Shown piece after piece: positions 31,480 to 39,232 of a stretch of DNA of 39,232 nt; the stretch's first letter is position 1, and every line of letters starts with the position of its first letter. The translations under genes were made by a program, and so were the position numbers. Source of the DNA: Eubacteriales bacterium (GTDB taxonomy: Bacteria > Bacillota > Clostridia > Oscillospirales > CAG-272); NCBI GenBank assembly GCA_045644865.1, contig JAZRHS010000019.1, forward strand, positions 1-39,232, written 5' to 3'. Below the pieces are notes generated by a model. It saw only the letters and a list, made by a program, of their open reading frames with translations. It was not told where the DNA came from and did not search any database.

Positions 31480-33303
31480 ATGATTCGTTCTCACGTACTT
31501 ATCTGCGGCGGTACAGGCTGTACCTCGTCCGGCAGTACGCTTCTTCGTGATAAGCTTGCTGAAGAGCTTAAGGCAAAGGGTCTTGAAGAAGAAATAAAGA
31601 TCGTTATGACAGGTTGTTTCGGACTTTGTGCGCTTGGTCCGATTATGATCGTATATCCCGAAGGCACATTCTACAGCAGAGTTACGGTTGAGGATATTCC
31701 CGAGATCGTTGACGAGCATCTTACAAAGGGTCGTATTGTTGAGCGTCTTGTTTACAATGATACAGGCGCGGAGAAGAACGAGGCAGTTGCTTCTTCTCTC
31801 AGCGAAACAATGTTCTACAAGAAGCAGCACCGTGTTGCGCTTCGTAACTGCGGTGTTATCAATCCCGAAGCTATTGAGGAGTATATCGCTATGGACGGCT
31901 ATTTCGCTCTCCATAAGGTTCTTACCGAGATGACTCCCGACGATGTTATTCAGACTATTCTTGATTCCGGACTTCGCGGACGCGGAGGCGGCGGATTCCC
32001 TACAGGTCTTAAGTGGAAGTTCGCTTCAAATAACCGTGGACAGGTTAAGAAGTATGTTGCTTGTAACGCTGACGAGGGCGACCCCGGTGCGTTTATGGAC
32101 CGTTCTATTCTTGAGGGAGATCCCCACGCTCTTATTGAGGCTATGGCTATCGCGGCTTATGCTATCGGTGCTGACGAGGGTTATGTTTATGTTCGTGCAG
32201 AGTATCCTATTGCCGTTCATCGCTTGAATGTTGCTATTGAGCAGGCAAGAGAAATGGGACTTCTTGGCGACGATATTTTTGGAACAGGATTTAAGTTCGA
32301 TATGCAGATCCGTCTTGGCGCAGGTGCGTTCGTGTGCGGTGAGGAAACAGCTCTTATGACCTCTATCGAGGGTAACAGAGGTGAGCCTCGTCCCCGTCCT
32401 CCTTTCCCTGCGGTAAAGGGTCTTTTCGGAAAGCCTACAGTTCTTAACAATGTTGAAACTTACGCAAATATTCCTCAGATCATTCTTAAGGGCGCTGATT
32501 GGTTCTCCTCTATGGGAACCGAGAAGTCCAAGGGTACTAAGGTGTTCGCTCTTGGCGGTAAGATCCAGAATACAGGTCTTGTTGAAATTCCTATGGGTAC
32601 AACTCTTCGTGAGGTCGTTGAGGAGATCGGCGGCGGTATTCCTAACGGAAAGAAGTTTAAGGCTGCACAGACAGGCGGACCTTCCGGCGGATGTATTCCC
32701 GCGCATCTTATTGATACCCCCATCGACTACGATAACCTTCTTGCCATTGGCTCTATGATGGGCTCGGGCGGACTTATCGTTATGGATGAGGACAACTGTA
32801 TGGTTGATATCGCTAAGTTCTTCCTTGAGTTCACAGTTGATGAGTCCTGCGGTAAGTGCACACCCTGCCGCGTAGGTACAAAGCGCCTTCTTGAAATTCT
32901 TGATAAGATCATTTCGGGTAAGGGCGAGCTTGAGGACCTTGACCGAATGGAAGAGCTTTGCAACTACATAAAGAGCGCATCTCTTTGCGGTCTTGGACAG
33001 ACTGCTCCCAACCCTGTAATTTCTACTCTTCGTTACTTCAAGGACGAGTATATCGCTCATATCGTTGACAAGAAGTGTCCCGCAGGTGTATGTAAGAGCC
33101 TTCTTCAGTATTCTATTGATCAGGATAAGTGTATCGGTTGCGGACTTTGCGCGAAGAATTGTCCCGCAGACGCTATTACAAAGACAACATATATTGCTCC
33201 CGGACACAAGCTTCCCTCTATGGCAATCGATACAGCTAAGTGCGTGAAGTGCGGAGCTTGTCTTGACAGCTGTAAGAAGATCAAGGCTATTTCCAAGAAG
33301 TAA
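31480..33303 (+). CDS. hydB: NuoF-like flavoprotein subunit of the bifurcating hydrogenase (HydB/HndC-type)
   Basis: N-terminal 2Fe-2S (CGGTGC...GCFGLCALGP), FMN/NADH motifs (GLRGRGGGGFPTGLKW), an N3-type cluster (SCGKCTPCRVG) and a C-terminal 2x[4Fe-4S] (CIGCGLCAKNCP, CVKCGACLDSC). Confidence 0.92.
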   Translation: MIRSHVLICGGTGCTSSGSTLLRDKLAEELKAKGLEEEIKIVMTGCFGLCALGPIMIVYPEGTFYSRVTVEDIPEIVDEHLTKGRIVERLVYNDTGAEKNEAVASSLSETMFYKKQHRVALRNCGVINPEAIEEYIAMDGYFALHKVLTEMTPDDVIQTILDSGLRGRGGGGFPTGLKWKFASNNRGQVKKYVACNADEGDPGAFMDRSILEGDPHALIEAMAIAAYAIGADEGYVYVRAEYPIAVHRLNVAIEQAREMGLLGDDIFGTGFKFDMQIRLGAGAFVCGEETALMTSIEGNRGEPRPRPPFPAVKGLFGKPTVLNNVETYANIPQIILKGADWFSSMGTEKSKGTKVFALGGKIQNTGLVEIPMGTTLREVVEEIGGGIPNGKKFKAAQTGGPSGGCIPAHLIDTPIDYDNLLAIGSMMGSGGLIVMDEDNCMVDIAKFFLEFTVDESCGKCTPCRVGTKRLLEILDKIISGKGELEDLDRMEELCNYIKSASLCGLGQTAPNPVISTLRYFKDEYIAHIVDKKCPAGVCKSLLQYSIDQDKCIGCGLCAKNCPADAITKTTYIAPGHKLPSMAIDTAKCVKCGACLDSCKKIKAISKK

Positions 33304-33320
33304 GAAAGGAGAACCCAACT

Positions 33321-35069
33321 ATGGAAACAGTAAATATTAAAATAAATGGTATGGATTATGCCGTTCCTCAGGGTTCGACAGTCCTTGAAGCAGCACGCGC
33401 TGCAAAGATAGAGATCCCCACACTTTGCTACCTTAAGGACATCAACGCAATCGGTGCTTGCCGTCTTTGCCTTGTTGAGGTTTCCGAGGGCGGCAGACCC
33501 TTCAGAATGGTTACAGCCTGCGTATATCCTGTAACAGAAGGAATGGAGGTTCTTACAAATACTCCCAAGATTATTAAGTCCAGAAAGCTTAACCTTGAGC
33601 TTGTGCTTTCTAACCACGATAAGAAGTGCCTTTCCTGTAACCGTAACACAACCTGCGAGCTTCAGAAGCTTTGTAACGAGTACGGCGTAGACGAAAGCCA
33701 TTTCAAGGGAGAGATGAATAAGTACGATATCGACGAATCCTCTCCTATTATCCGTGATAATAACAAATGTATCCTTTGCCGCCGCTGTGTTGCGGTATGC
33801 TCCAAGGTACAGGGCATTGGGGTTATCGGAGCAAACGACCGCGGATTTGACACACACATTGCTTCCGCGTTTGAAACAAAGCTTGCTGATAATGCTTGTA
33901 TCAACTGCGGGCAGTGCATCGTTGCTTGTCCCACAGGTGCTCTTTATGAAAGAGATGATACAGATAAGGTTATGGAGGCTATTGCCGATCCTACAAAGAA
34001 GGTATATATCTGCACCGCTCCCTCGGTACGCGCTCAGATCGGTGAGTGCTTTGGCTACGAGCCCGGCACAGATGTTGAGGGCAAGATGGTTGCGGCTATC
34101 AAGCGTCTTGGCTTTGACGGTGTGTTCGATATGAACCTTACCGCTGACCTTACTATTATGGAAGAGGCAACAGAGTTCCTTGGCAGAGTCAAGAACGGCG
34201 GAGCACTTCCTATGATCACTTCCTGTTCTCCCGGATGGATCAAGTTCTGTGAGCACTACTATCCCGAGATGACAGAGAACCTTTCTACTTGTAAATCTCC
34301 TCAGCAGATGTTTGGTGCGCTTGTAAAGACCTACTTTGCTGAAAAAGAGGGAATTGACCCCAAGGATATTTTCTTCGTGTCCGCAATTCCTTGTACCGCA
34401 AAGAAGTTTGAGGTTGGCCGCGACGGTCAGTCTGCAGCAGGTGTTCCCGATGTTGATGTTGCAATTACAACTCGCGAGCTTGGCAGAATGATTCAGAAGG
34501 CGGGTATCAAGTTCAGACAGCTTGATGACGAAGCTTTTGATACTCCTTTTGATATCGGATCCAGCGCAGGTGTTATCTTCGGTGCGACAGGCGGTGTTAT
34601 GGAGGCGGCTCTCCGTACAGCGGCTGAGGTTATCGAGGGTAAGCCTTTAGAGAAGCTTGAGTTTAACGATGTAAGAGGAACAGAGGGCGTTAAGCTTGCT
34701 TCCTATAAGCTTGGCGATATTACTCTTAATGTTGCGGTTGCAAGCGGAACTGCTAACGCAAGAAAGCTCCTTGACGATGTCAAGGCAGGCAAAGTTGATG
34801 TACAGTTTATCGAGGTTATGGCATGTCCCGGCGGTTGTGTAAACGGAGGTGGACAGCCTCACCAGCCCGTTGAGGTAAGAGAAACTGTTGACCTTCGTGC
34901 AGTTCGCGCGGCAGTTCTTTATAACGATGACGCTAAGGCTGACCTTAGAAAGTCCCACGAGAACTCGGCAGTAAAGAAGCTCTATGACGAGTACTTCGGA
35001 GAACCCAACAGCCACAAGGCTCACGAAATTCTCCATACGCACTATGTAAAGCGCGGTCTTTACAAATAA
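33321..35069 (+). CDS. hydA: [FeFe]-hydrogenase catalytic subunit, group A3 (HydABC bifurcating type)
   Basis: N-terminal plant-type 2Fe-2S, a His-ligated 4Fe-4S, then 2x[4Fe-4S] (CILCRRCVAVC, CINCGQCIVACP). H-cluster motifs are TSCSPGW, IPCTAKKFE and EVMACPGGCVNGGGQP. A C-terminal small-subunit-like tail is present. The protein is 582 aa. Confidence 0.92.
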   Translation: METVNIKINGMDYAVPQGSTVLEAARAAKIEIPTLCYLKDINAIGACRLCLVEVSEGGRPFRMVTACVYPVTEGMEVLTNTPKIIKSRKLNLELVLSNHDKKCLSCNRNTTCELQKLCNEYGVDESHFKGEMNKYDIDESSPIIRDNNKCILCRRCVAVCSKVQGIGVIGANDRGFDTHIASAFETKLADNACINCGQCIVACPTGALYERDDTDKVMEAIADPTKKVYICTAPSVRAQIGECFGYEPGTDVEGKMVAAIKRLGFDGVFDMNLTADLTIMEEATEFLGRVKNGGALPMITSCSPGWIKFCEHYYPEMTENLSTCKSPQQMFGALVKTYFAEKEGIDPKDIFFVSAIPCTAKKFEVGRDGQSAAGVPDVDVAITTRELGRMIQKAGIKFRQLDDEAFDTPFDIGSSAGVIFGATGGVMEAALRTAAEVIEGKPLEKLEFNDVRGTEGVKLASYKLGDITLNVAVASGTANARKLLDDVKAGKVDVQFIEVMACPGGCVNGGGQPHQPVEVRETVDLRAVRAAVLYNDDAKADLRKSHENSAVKKLYDEYFGEPNSHKAHEILHTHYVKRGLYK

Positions 35070-35078
35070 TAGAAAATT

Positions 35079-35107
35079 AAGAGGGTGATTTTTTCACCCT
35101 CTTTTTT
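35079..35107 (+). terminator. Terminator of the hydrogenase operon
   Basis: AAGAGGGTGA-TTTTT-TCACCCTCTT followed by a T-run. Confidence 0.85.
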
Positions 35108-35116
35108 CAAAAGCTA

Positions 35117-35145
35117 TTGACAACAATATGCTGGCGTGGTATAAT
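35117..35145 (+). promoter_or_regulatory. Consensus sigma-A promoter of the gntR-ABC operon
   Basis: TTGACA (35117-22), a 17-nt spacer, then extended -10 TGgTATAAT (35137-45). Confidence 0.75.
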
Positions 35146-35176
35146 TTAACTGTACTAATACATATAGTACAGTTAA
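35146..35176. promoter_or_regulatory. Perfect inverted-repeat operator, likely the YtrA/GntR autoregulatory site
   Basis: TTAACTGTACTA (35146-57), a 7-nt spacer, then TAGTACAGTTAA (35165-76). The 12-bp arms are perfect and abut the -10, covering the expected transcription start. The GT...AC core is typical of GntR operators. Confidence 0.65.
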
Positions 35177-35192
35177 GAAGGGAGGAAACTAA

Positions 35193-35561
35193 ATGCTTGT
35201 AGTAGACAAAATGTCAAGAACTCCGATATACGAACAGATAGAAGAGGGAATAAAGCGCGAGATAATCACGGGAATACTCAAGGAACGCGAGCAGCTTCCT
35301 TCAATAAGAGAACTCTCGGTGATACTTGCCACAAACCCTAATACTGTTCAAAAAGCGTTTATGAGGCTTGATCAAGATGGAATTATCATTTCAAGCCCGG
35401 GGCGAGGCTGCTTTGTTGCTGAAAATGCTGTTCAAAGGATAAGAGAGGGGCTTAAAAGCAAGATAGACGAGATAAGGGAGCTTGCAAGAGCTCTTTCAAA
35501 TGCGGGGATAGAAGAAAGCCTTGTGCTTGAGGCAATTAAAGCGTCCTATAAGTCAAAATAA
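35193..35561 (+). CDS. GntR-family transcriptional regulator, YtrA subfamily
   Basis: PIYEQIEEGIKREIITG.L....LPSIRELS..L..NPNTVQKAF..L...G is a winged-HTH region. The short 122-aa length fits the YtrA type. Confidence 0.9.
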   Translation: MLVVDKMSRTPIYEQIEEGIKREIITGILKEREQLPSIRELSVILATNPNTVQKAFMRLDQDGIIISSPGRGCFVAENAVQRIREGLKSKIDEIRELARALSNAGIEESLVLEAIKASYKSK

Positions 35562-35580
35562 GCGAGAAAGGGAGAATGTT

Positions 35581-36480
35581 ATGATTTGCGCGAAAGATTT
35601 AACTATGAAATTTGATGATTTTACTGCGCTTAAGCAGATGAACTGTAAAATCCCCGAGGCTTGTATTTACGGTCTTGTGGGTAGTAACGGCGCGGGAAAA
35701 TCCACTTTTTTAAGACTTATAAGCGGTATATACCGTCCCAATAGTGGTGAGGTAACAATAGACGGCAAACCCGTTTATGAAAATCCTGAGGTCAAAAGTA
35801 AAATACTTTATGTACCCGACGAGCTTTATTTCCTGCCTCAGTCAAATATGAACAGAATGGCGGAGCTTTACAGCTCGATATACAAAAACTTCAGCTATGA
35901 GCGTTTTGAAAATCTGACAAAGACCTTCGGGCTTGACCCCAAGGCTAATATAAACACCTTTTCAAAGGGAATGAAGCGTCAGGCGGCTACAATTCTGGCT
36001 CTTTCCTCAATGCCCGAATTTCTCTTTTTTGACGAAACCTTTGACGGTCTTGACCCTGTAATGAGAAACCTTGTAAAGCAGGTAATATACAACGATGTTA
36101 TGGAGAGAAAAACCACAACAATAATAACATCTCATTCGCTTCGTGAGCTTGAGGACACCTGCGACCAGCTTGCTCTGCTTCATAAGGGCGGAATTGTGTT
36201 TGAAAGCGATATACAAGACCTTAAAACCGCATTGTTTAAGGTGCAGGTGGCGTTTAACACAGAATATTCCAAGGAGCGATTTGCAGGTATTGAAATGCTT
36301 GATTATAACCAGATGGGTTCGGTGGCAACCTTTATTGCAAGAGGCGACAAGAACGAGGTCGTGGCTAAAATTCGCGCCCTTGAGCCTGTGCTTTTAGATG
36401 TGCTTCCGCTTAATCTTGAGGAAGTCTTCATCTATGAAATGGAAGCTCTTGGGTATGCCTTTAAGGAAATTCTTATGTAA
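35581..36480 (+). CDS. ABC transporter ATP-binding protein
   Basis: Walker A GSNGAGKST, signature-like FSKGMKRQ, Walker B LFFDETFDGLD and H-loop TSHS. ATG 35581 follows AAGGGAG. The track start at 35521 overlaps the gntR gene. Confidence 0.9.
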   Translation: MICAKDLTMKFDDFTALKQMNCKIPEACIYGLVGSNGAGKSTFLRLISGIYRPNSGEVTIDGKPVYENPEVKSKILYVPDELYFLPQSNMNRMAELYSSIYKNFSYERFENLTKTFGLDPKANINTFSKGMKRQAATILALSSMPEFLFFDETFDGLDPVMRNLVKQVIYNDVMERKTTTIITSHSLRELEDTCDQLALLHKGGIVFESDIQDLKTALFKVQVAFNTEYSKERFAGIEMLDYNQMGSVATFIARGDKNEVVAKIRALEPVLLDVLPLNLEEVFIYEMEALGYAFKEILM

Positions 36481-36487
36481 GGAGGAT

Positions 36488-38647
36488 ATGACTGTGGCAA
36501 ATTTCTTTTCTAAAAACTTATATGTTCAGGGCTTGAAGAAAATAAAGATAAGCGGAATAGCCTTCTCGCTGATAATAATTCTTCTTAACGCCTTTTTACC
36601 TATTATAGGAATAATCGACGGCAGCTCCGATCATCTTTCATACAGCAGTCAGCTTGTGGAATACAATATGGTAGTGCCGTTTTGCTTGCTTATAGTGGGG
36701 CTTGTTCCTATTCTTGCTCACGATATGTTTTCTTTTCTTAACGAGCGAAGCCAGTCCGACTTTTACCACTCAATACCCCAAAAGAGGACTTGTGTTTATG
36801 TCAGCTTCACCTTGGCGGTTATCACTTGGGCGTTTGGTACTATAATTTCAAGCACGGTTATAAACACTCTGCTTTGGAGTTTGGCGAGAGCCTATACATT
36901 TACCTTTGGCACAATAATTCTCGGTATGCTTCCGTATCTTGTGCTTGCTGTGCAGATGGCAGGCGTAATGATACTTGCCATGACGGTAACGGGAACTAAA
37001 ATATCCAATTTTCTTGTCGCGATACTCTTCTTCCTGTTTTTCCGTGTAATGAGCGCTTTTTGCATAGCGTCTATTGATGCCGTGTCCAATGTTGTAAATG
37101 TTGACTTTGGTGTGTTCAAGTATTTTGGAATTGAATTTTTCCTTCCCGCGGCATTGCTTATAGGTGTTTTTGACGGGGAGGCGTCGGTTTATATTGATGC
37201 GGTGCTTCAGATATATTCCTTGCTTGTGGGAATCGGCTTGCTTGCTCTTGGCGGATTTGCATATAACAATCGCCGCAGTGAAATCGCCACAAAGAGCGCT
37301 CCCAGCAAAAGGCTTCAGCATATTTACCGCTTTGCCGTAACTCTTCCGTTTGTATTTTTAGTGGCGTTTTCGATAATAAATGACGGTTTCAGGTCCTACC
37401 AGATAATTTTGGTGATAATCGCAATTCTTGTGTATGTTCTTTACGAGCTTATTACCACCAAAAAGATAAAAAATGTGGTAAAATCCTTGCCGCTTATGGT
37501 CATTCCTTTGGCTGCAACCCTGCTTATGGTTAGCGGAATTTTCTGTGTCAGAAACGCTATAAACAATTATCGTTTTGATCCTGACGAGGTTGACGGATTT
37601 TGCTTTGTAAATTCCTATTCCAACACATACGAAACGCTTATGACCAATAAGGTTTATGCTGAAGGCGACAAAGCAGGAGAAATACTTGCCGATGCACTTG
37701 AATACTCGGTTAACAAAGCCGAGTACGGCTATCAGCATACCACTTTTGAGCGTGTTCTTATCAAACTTGACAGCGGAAGAATTGTTGCGAGAAATCTTTA
37801 TATACTTGACGATGAATATGAGGAGCTTGTTAATATAATGAACAATTCCTCGGAATATCGCTCGGCTTATCTTAATATTCCTCACCCCGACGATATTTCA
37901 AGCGCGGGTTGTTATAATAATTTTGACAAGGCGCAATCAAAGAAAATTTACAGAGTTTTTTATGAGGAGTATAATTCGCTGTCCACCGCAGAAAAAATGC
38001 TTGTAAAGAAGCCACGCGGAGAGTATGTGAGTGTAGGAAACATTCATATTTCGGGCTATCTTAACAGACAAAGCTATAGCTCGTATTACAATATCGTATT
38101 TGACCTTCTTCCAAAAACCGCTCTTGCTTATATAGAGATGATGAAAGATAATAACGGGCGCGTATATTGGGGGTCTAATGTTGAGATTGCTTATAATACC
38201 CTTAATTCCCACAAGTCGCAGATTGAAGATATGGAGCTTACCTACTGCTACGGCAGTTTGACTGTTTCCAAGGTTGCGGGGACTTTTGAGGACGGACGAG
38301 TTGAACAAAAATATGATATTAAAAATGTCCCGACTATCCTTGCGGCATATGAGTTTGTTGATATTTTAGCCAATGATGAAAGCACCTTTGACTATAGCGA
38401 CCCGCAAAATCTTTACAGGGTAAGATTGCAAATCGAGGCGGGCTTTTTGGTGGACACTCAAACGGTTAATCTTAACCCCGAGCACACCGTTACAGACCTT
38501 CTTGAAGCGTCGTCTGTTCAGGTTATACCCGATAAGGAGGTATATTATGAGGACGGTATTTACCTCAGTGAGGAGTTCTTCGTGAATATAAGCGAGGAAA
38601 ATATGGTTAGAATAATCGAGCTTATGTTAAAAGCAAATGAACAGTAA
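36488..38647 (+). CDS. Polytopic membrane protein (putative ABC-2-type permease) with a C-terminal soluble domain of about 340 aa
   Basis: ATG 36488 follows AAGGAGGA. There are about 9-10 hydrophobic segments up to about aa 380, then a hydrophilic region with no motif I recognise. The operon position after the ATPase suggests the permease role. Confidence 0.65.
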   Translation: MTVANFFSKNLYVQGLKKIKISGIAFSLIIILLNAFLPIIGIIDGSSDHLSYSSQLVEYNMVVPFCLLIVGLVPILAHDMFSFLNERSQSDFYHSIPQKRTCVYVSFTLAVITWAFGTIISSTVINTLLWSLARAYTFTFGTIILGMLPYLVLAVQMAGVMILAMTVTGTKISNFLVAILFFLFFRVMSAFCIASIDAVSNVVNVDFGVFKYFGIEFFLPAALLIGVFDGEASVYIDAVLQIYSLLVGIGLLALGGFAYNNRRSEIATKSAPSKRLQHIYRFAVTLPFVFLVAFSIINDGFRSYQIILVIIAILVYVLYELITTKKIKNVVKSLPLMVIPLAATLLMVSGIFCVRNAINNYRFDPDEVDGFCFVNSYSNTYETLMTNKVYAEGDKAGEILADALEYSVNKAEYGYQHTTFERVLIKLDSGRIVARNLYILDDEYEELVNIMNNSSEYRSAYLNIPHPDDISSAGCYNNFDKAQSKKIYRVFYEEYNSLSTAEKMLVKKPRGEYVSVGNIHISGYLNRQSYSSYYNIVFDLLPKTALAYIEMMKDNNGRVYWGSNVEIAYNTLNSHKSQIEDMELTYCYGSLTVSKVAGTFEDGRVEQKYDIKNVPTILAAYEFVDILANDESTFDYSDPQNLYRVRLQIEAGFLVDTQTVNLNPEHTVTDLLEASSVQVIPDKEVYYEDGIYLSEEFFVNISEENMVRIIELMLKANEQ

Positions 38648-38736
38648 TATAATCAAAAACCAGCCTGTTATGCGCCATGTTCTTAAGGACAGTTTTTACA
38701 ATCATTCGCCAGAAAGCGAAACGGCTACAGCCAGAG

Positions 38737-38858
38737 GCTCCCTTGTGTAAAGGGAGCTGACGCCGAAGGCGGTTGAGGGATTGTTTTAGTATAAATTTCA
38801 ACTTTACAATCCCTCCGTCACGGCTTGCGCCGTGCCACCTCCCTTTGCACAAGGGAGG
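38737..38858. repeat. GC-rich composite palindromic element of five hairpins; arms are imperfect inverted repeats
   Basis: Hairpins: GCTCCCTT/AAGGGAGC (38737-57), CGCC/GGCG (38761-71), GAGGGATTGT/ACAATCCCTC (38775-84 / 38806-15), CACGGC/GCCGTG (38819-34) and CCTCCCTT/AAGGGAGG (38838-58). The left half is roughly the reverse complement of the right half. Confidence 0.6.
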
Positions 38859-38870
38859 CTTTTTCTTTTC
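38838..38870 (+). terminator. Probable terminator of the gntR-ABC operon (last hairpin of the palindromic element)
   Basis: CCTCCCTT-TGCAC-AAGGGAGG followed by CTTTTTCTTTT. Confidence 0.6.
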
Positions 38871-38923
38871 CTGCAAGTGCGCACTTACTCACCACCAGAG
38901 GTGGTTGTGAGAATAAACAATAT

Positions 38924-38960
38924 ACCGCCAAGAGTGACCATTAAGGTTACCCTCGGCGGT
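38924..38960 (-). terminator. Probable terminator of the minus-strand gene at the window end
   Basis: On the minus strand, ACCGCCGAGGGTAACC-TTAA-TGGTCACTCTTGGCGGT followed by ATATTGTTTATT. It lies 8 nt after the TAA stop at 38968-70. Confidence 0.5.
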
Positions 38961-38967
38961 AGTTTTA

Positions 38968-39232
38968 TTAGTTTTGTACTATAAGCGTAGTAAGAGCTTT
39001 TTTCTGTCCTTCCGTGGGCGGCTTTAACTTACCATTGTTCAAAAGTGTGACAATACAATGGAGCAAGAACCATCCGTCAGAGTGGAACAAAAATTGAAGT
39101 TCATACTCTTTTACTTTTCGCAAATGCGTGGGAACCGAATCCAATACCGCATCCATATAGGGCGCTTTGATGGTATCAAATTCATTTTTATATTTAGCCT
39201 TGATATTTTCACCGATGGCGAGAAGCTTATCT
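38968..39232 (-). CDS. 3' end of an unidentified gene, open to the window edge (partial)
   Basis: The minus-strand frame stays open from 39232 down to the stop at 38968 (DKLLAIGENIKAKYKNEFDTIKAPYMDAVLDS...TLIVQN*). The track lists it only from the internal Met at 39156. I recognise no family. Confidence 0.5.
   Translation of the reverse strand, partial: DKLLAIGENIKAKYKNEFDTIKAPYMDAVLDSVPTHLRKVKEYELQFLFHSDGWFLLHCIVTLLNNGKLKPPTEGQKKALTTLIVQN

Noticed and set aside
32026-34256. Minus-strand ORFs 32026..33318 (430 aa) and 33120..34256 (378 aa) opposite hydB and hydA
   Set aside because: The + strand products carry unambiguous NuoF and HydA motifs. The antisense translations have none. These are typical antisense open frames in a gene with biased codon usage.
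26718-35069. Looked for the hydE/hydF/hydG maturase genes next to the hydrogenase genes
   Set aside because: None of the ORFs has radical-SAM (CxxxCxxC) HydE/G or GTPase HydF signatures. The maturases must be encoded elsewhere. Their absence from this window is not informative in itself.
38622-38876. 84-aa minus-strand ORF (MQEKKKPPLCKGRWHGASRDGGI...)
   Set aside because: It consists almost entirely of the translated GC-rich palindromic hairpin element. The repeat explains the open frame.

Overview
Chromosomal window from a spore-forming Firmicute. spoIVA is present and the gene content looks clostridial. Any finer placement, such as Oscillospiraceae or Ruminococcaceae, is only a guess. Almost everything is on the + strand and I support about 35 genes.

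(1) 49..9369 is one giant gene for a 3,106-aa secreted protein. It carries ten (C/H)xH...CxxC knuckle plus LamG/ConA-like modules, a DNRLRE/CBM96-like module and a C-terminal clan GH-A glycosidase-like domain.

(2) 9.4-26.4 kb is housekeeping: yajC, rimM-trmD, an O-antigen-ligase-like gene with two small anchored paralogs, ptsH, uvrC-rsmD-coaD, spoIVA, ychF, a DUF975 gene, trmB-truB-rluA-family, an orphan glgD, a Wzx-like flippase and rplS.

(3) 26.7-35.1 kb is a 10-gene [FeFe]-hydrogenase operon. The HydABC-type bifurcating genes (NuoE-like, 2Fe-2S ferredoxin, NuoF-like, HydA) are split by a six-gene cassette: DRTGG, GHKL ATPase, degenerate HydS-like sensory hydrogenase, DRTGG, PHP phosphoesterase, GHKL ATPase. 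This cassette is the best candidate for a poorly understood system in the window.

(4) 35.1-38.6 kb holds a YtrA-type GntR repressor with a perfect 12-bp inverted-repeat operator, an ABC ATPase and an unusual 719-aa permease.

(5) 38.7-39.2 kb holds a GC-rich multi-hairpin palindromic element and the 3' end of a minus-strand gene that runs off the window.

No rRNA, tRNA, CRISPR array, transposase or integrase is visible. Several ORF-track starts are over-extended and are corrected below. Most long minus-strand ORFs are antisense shadows of + strand genes.
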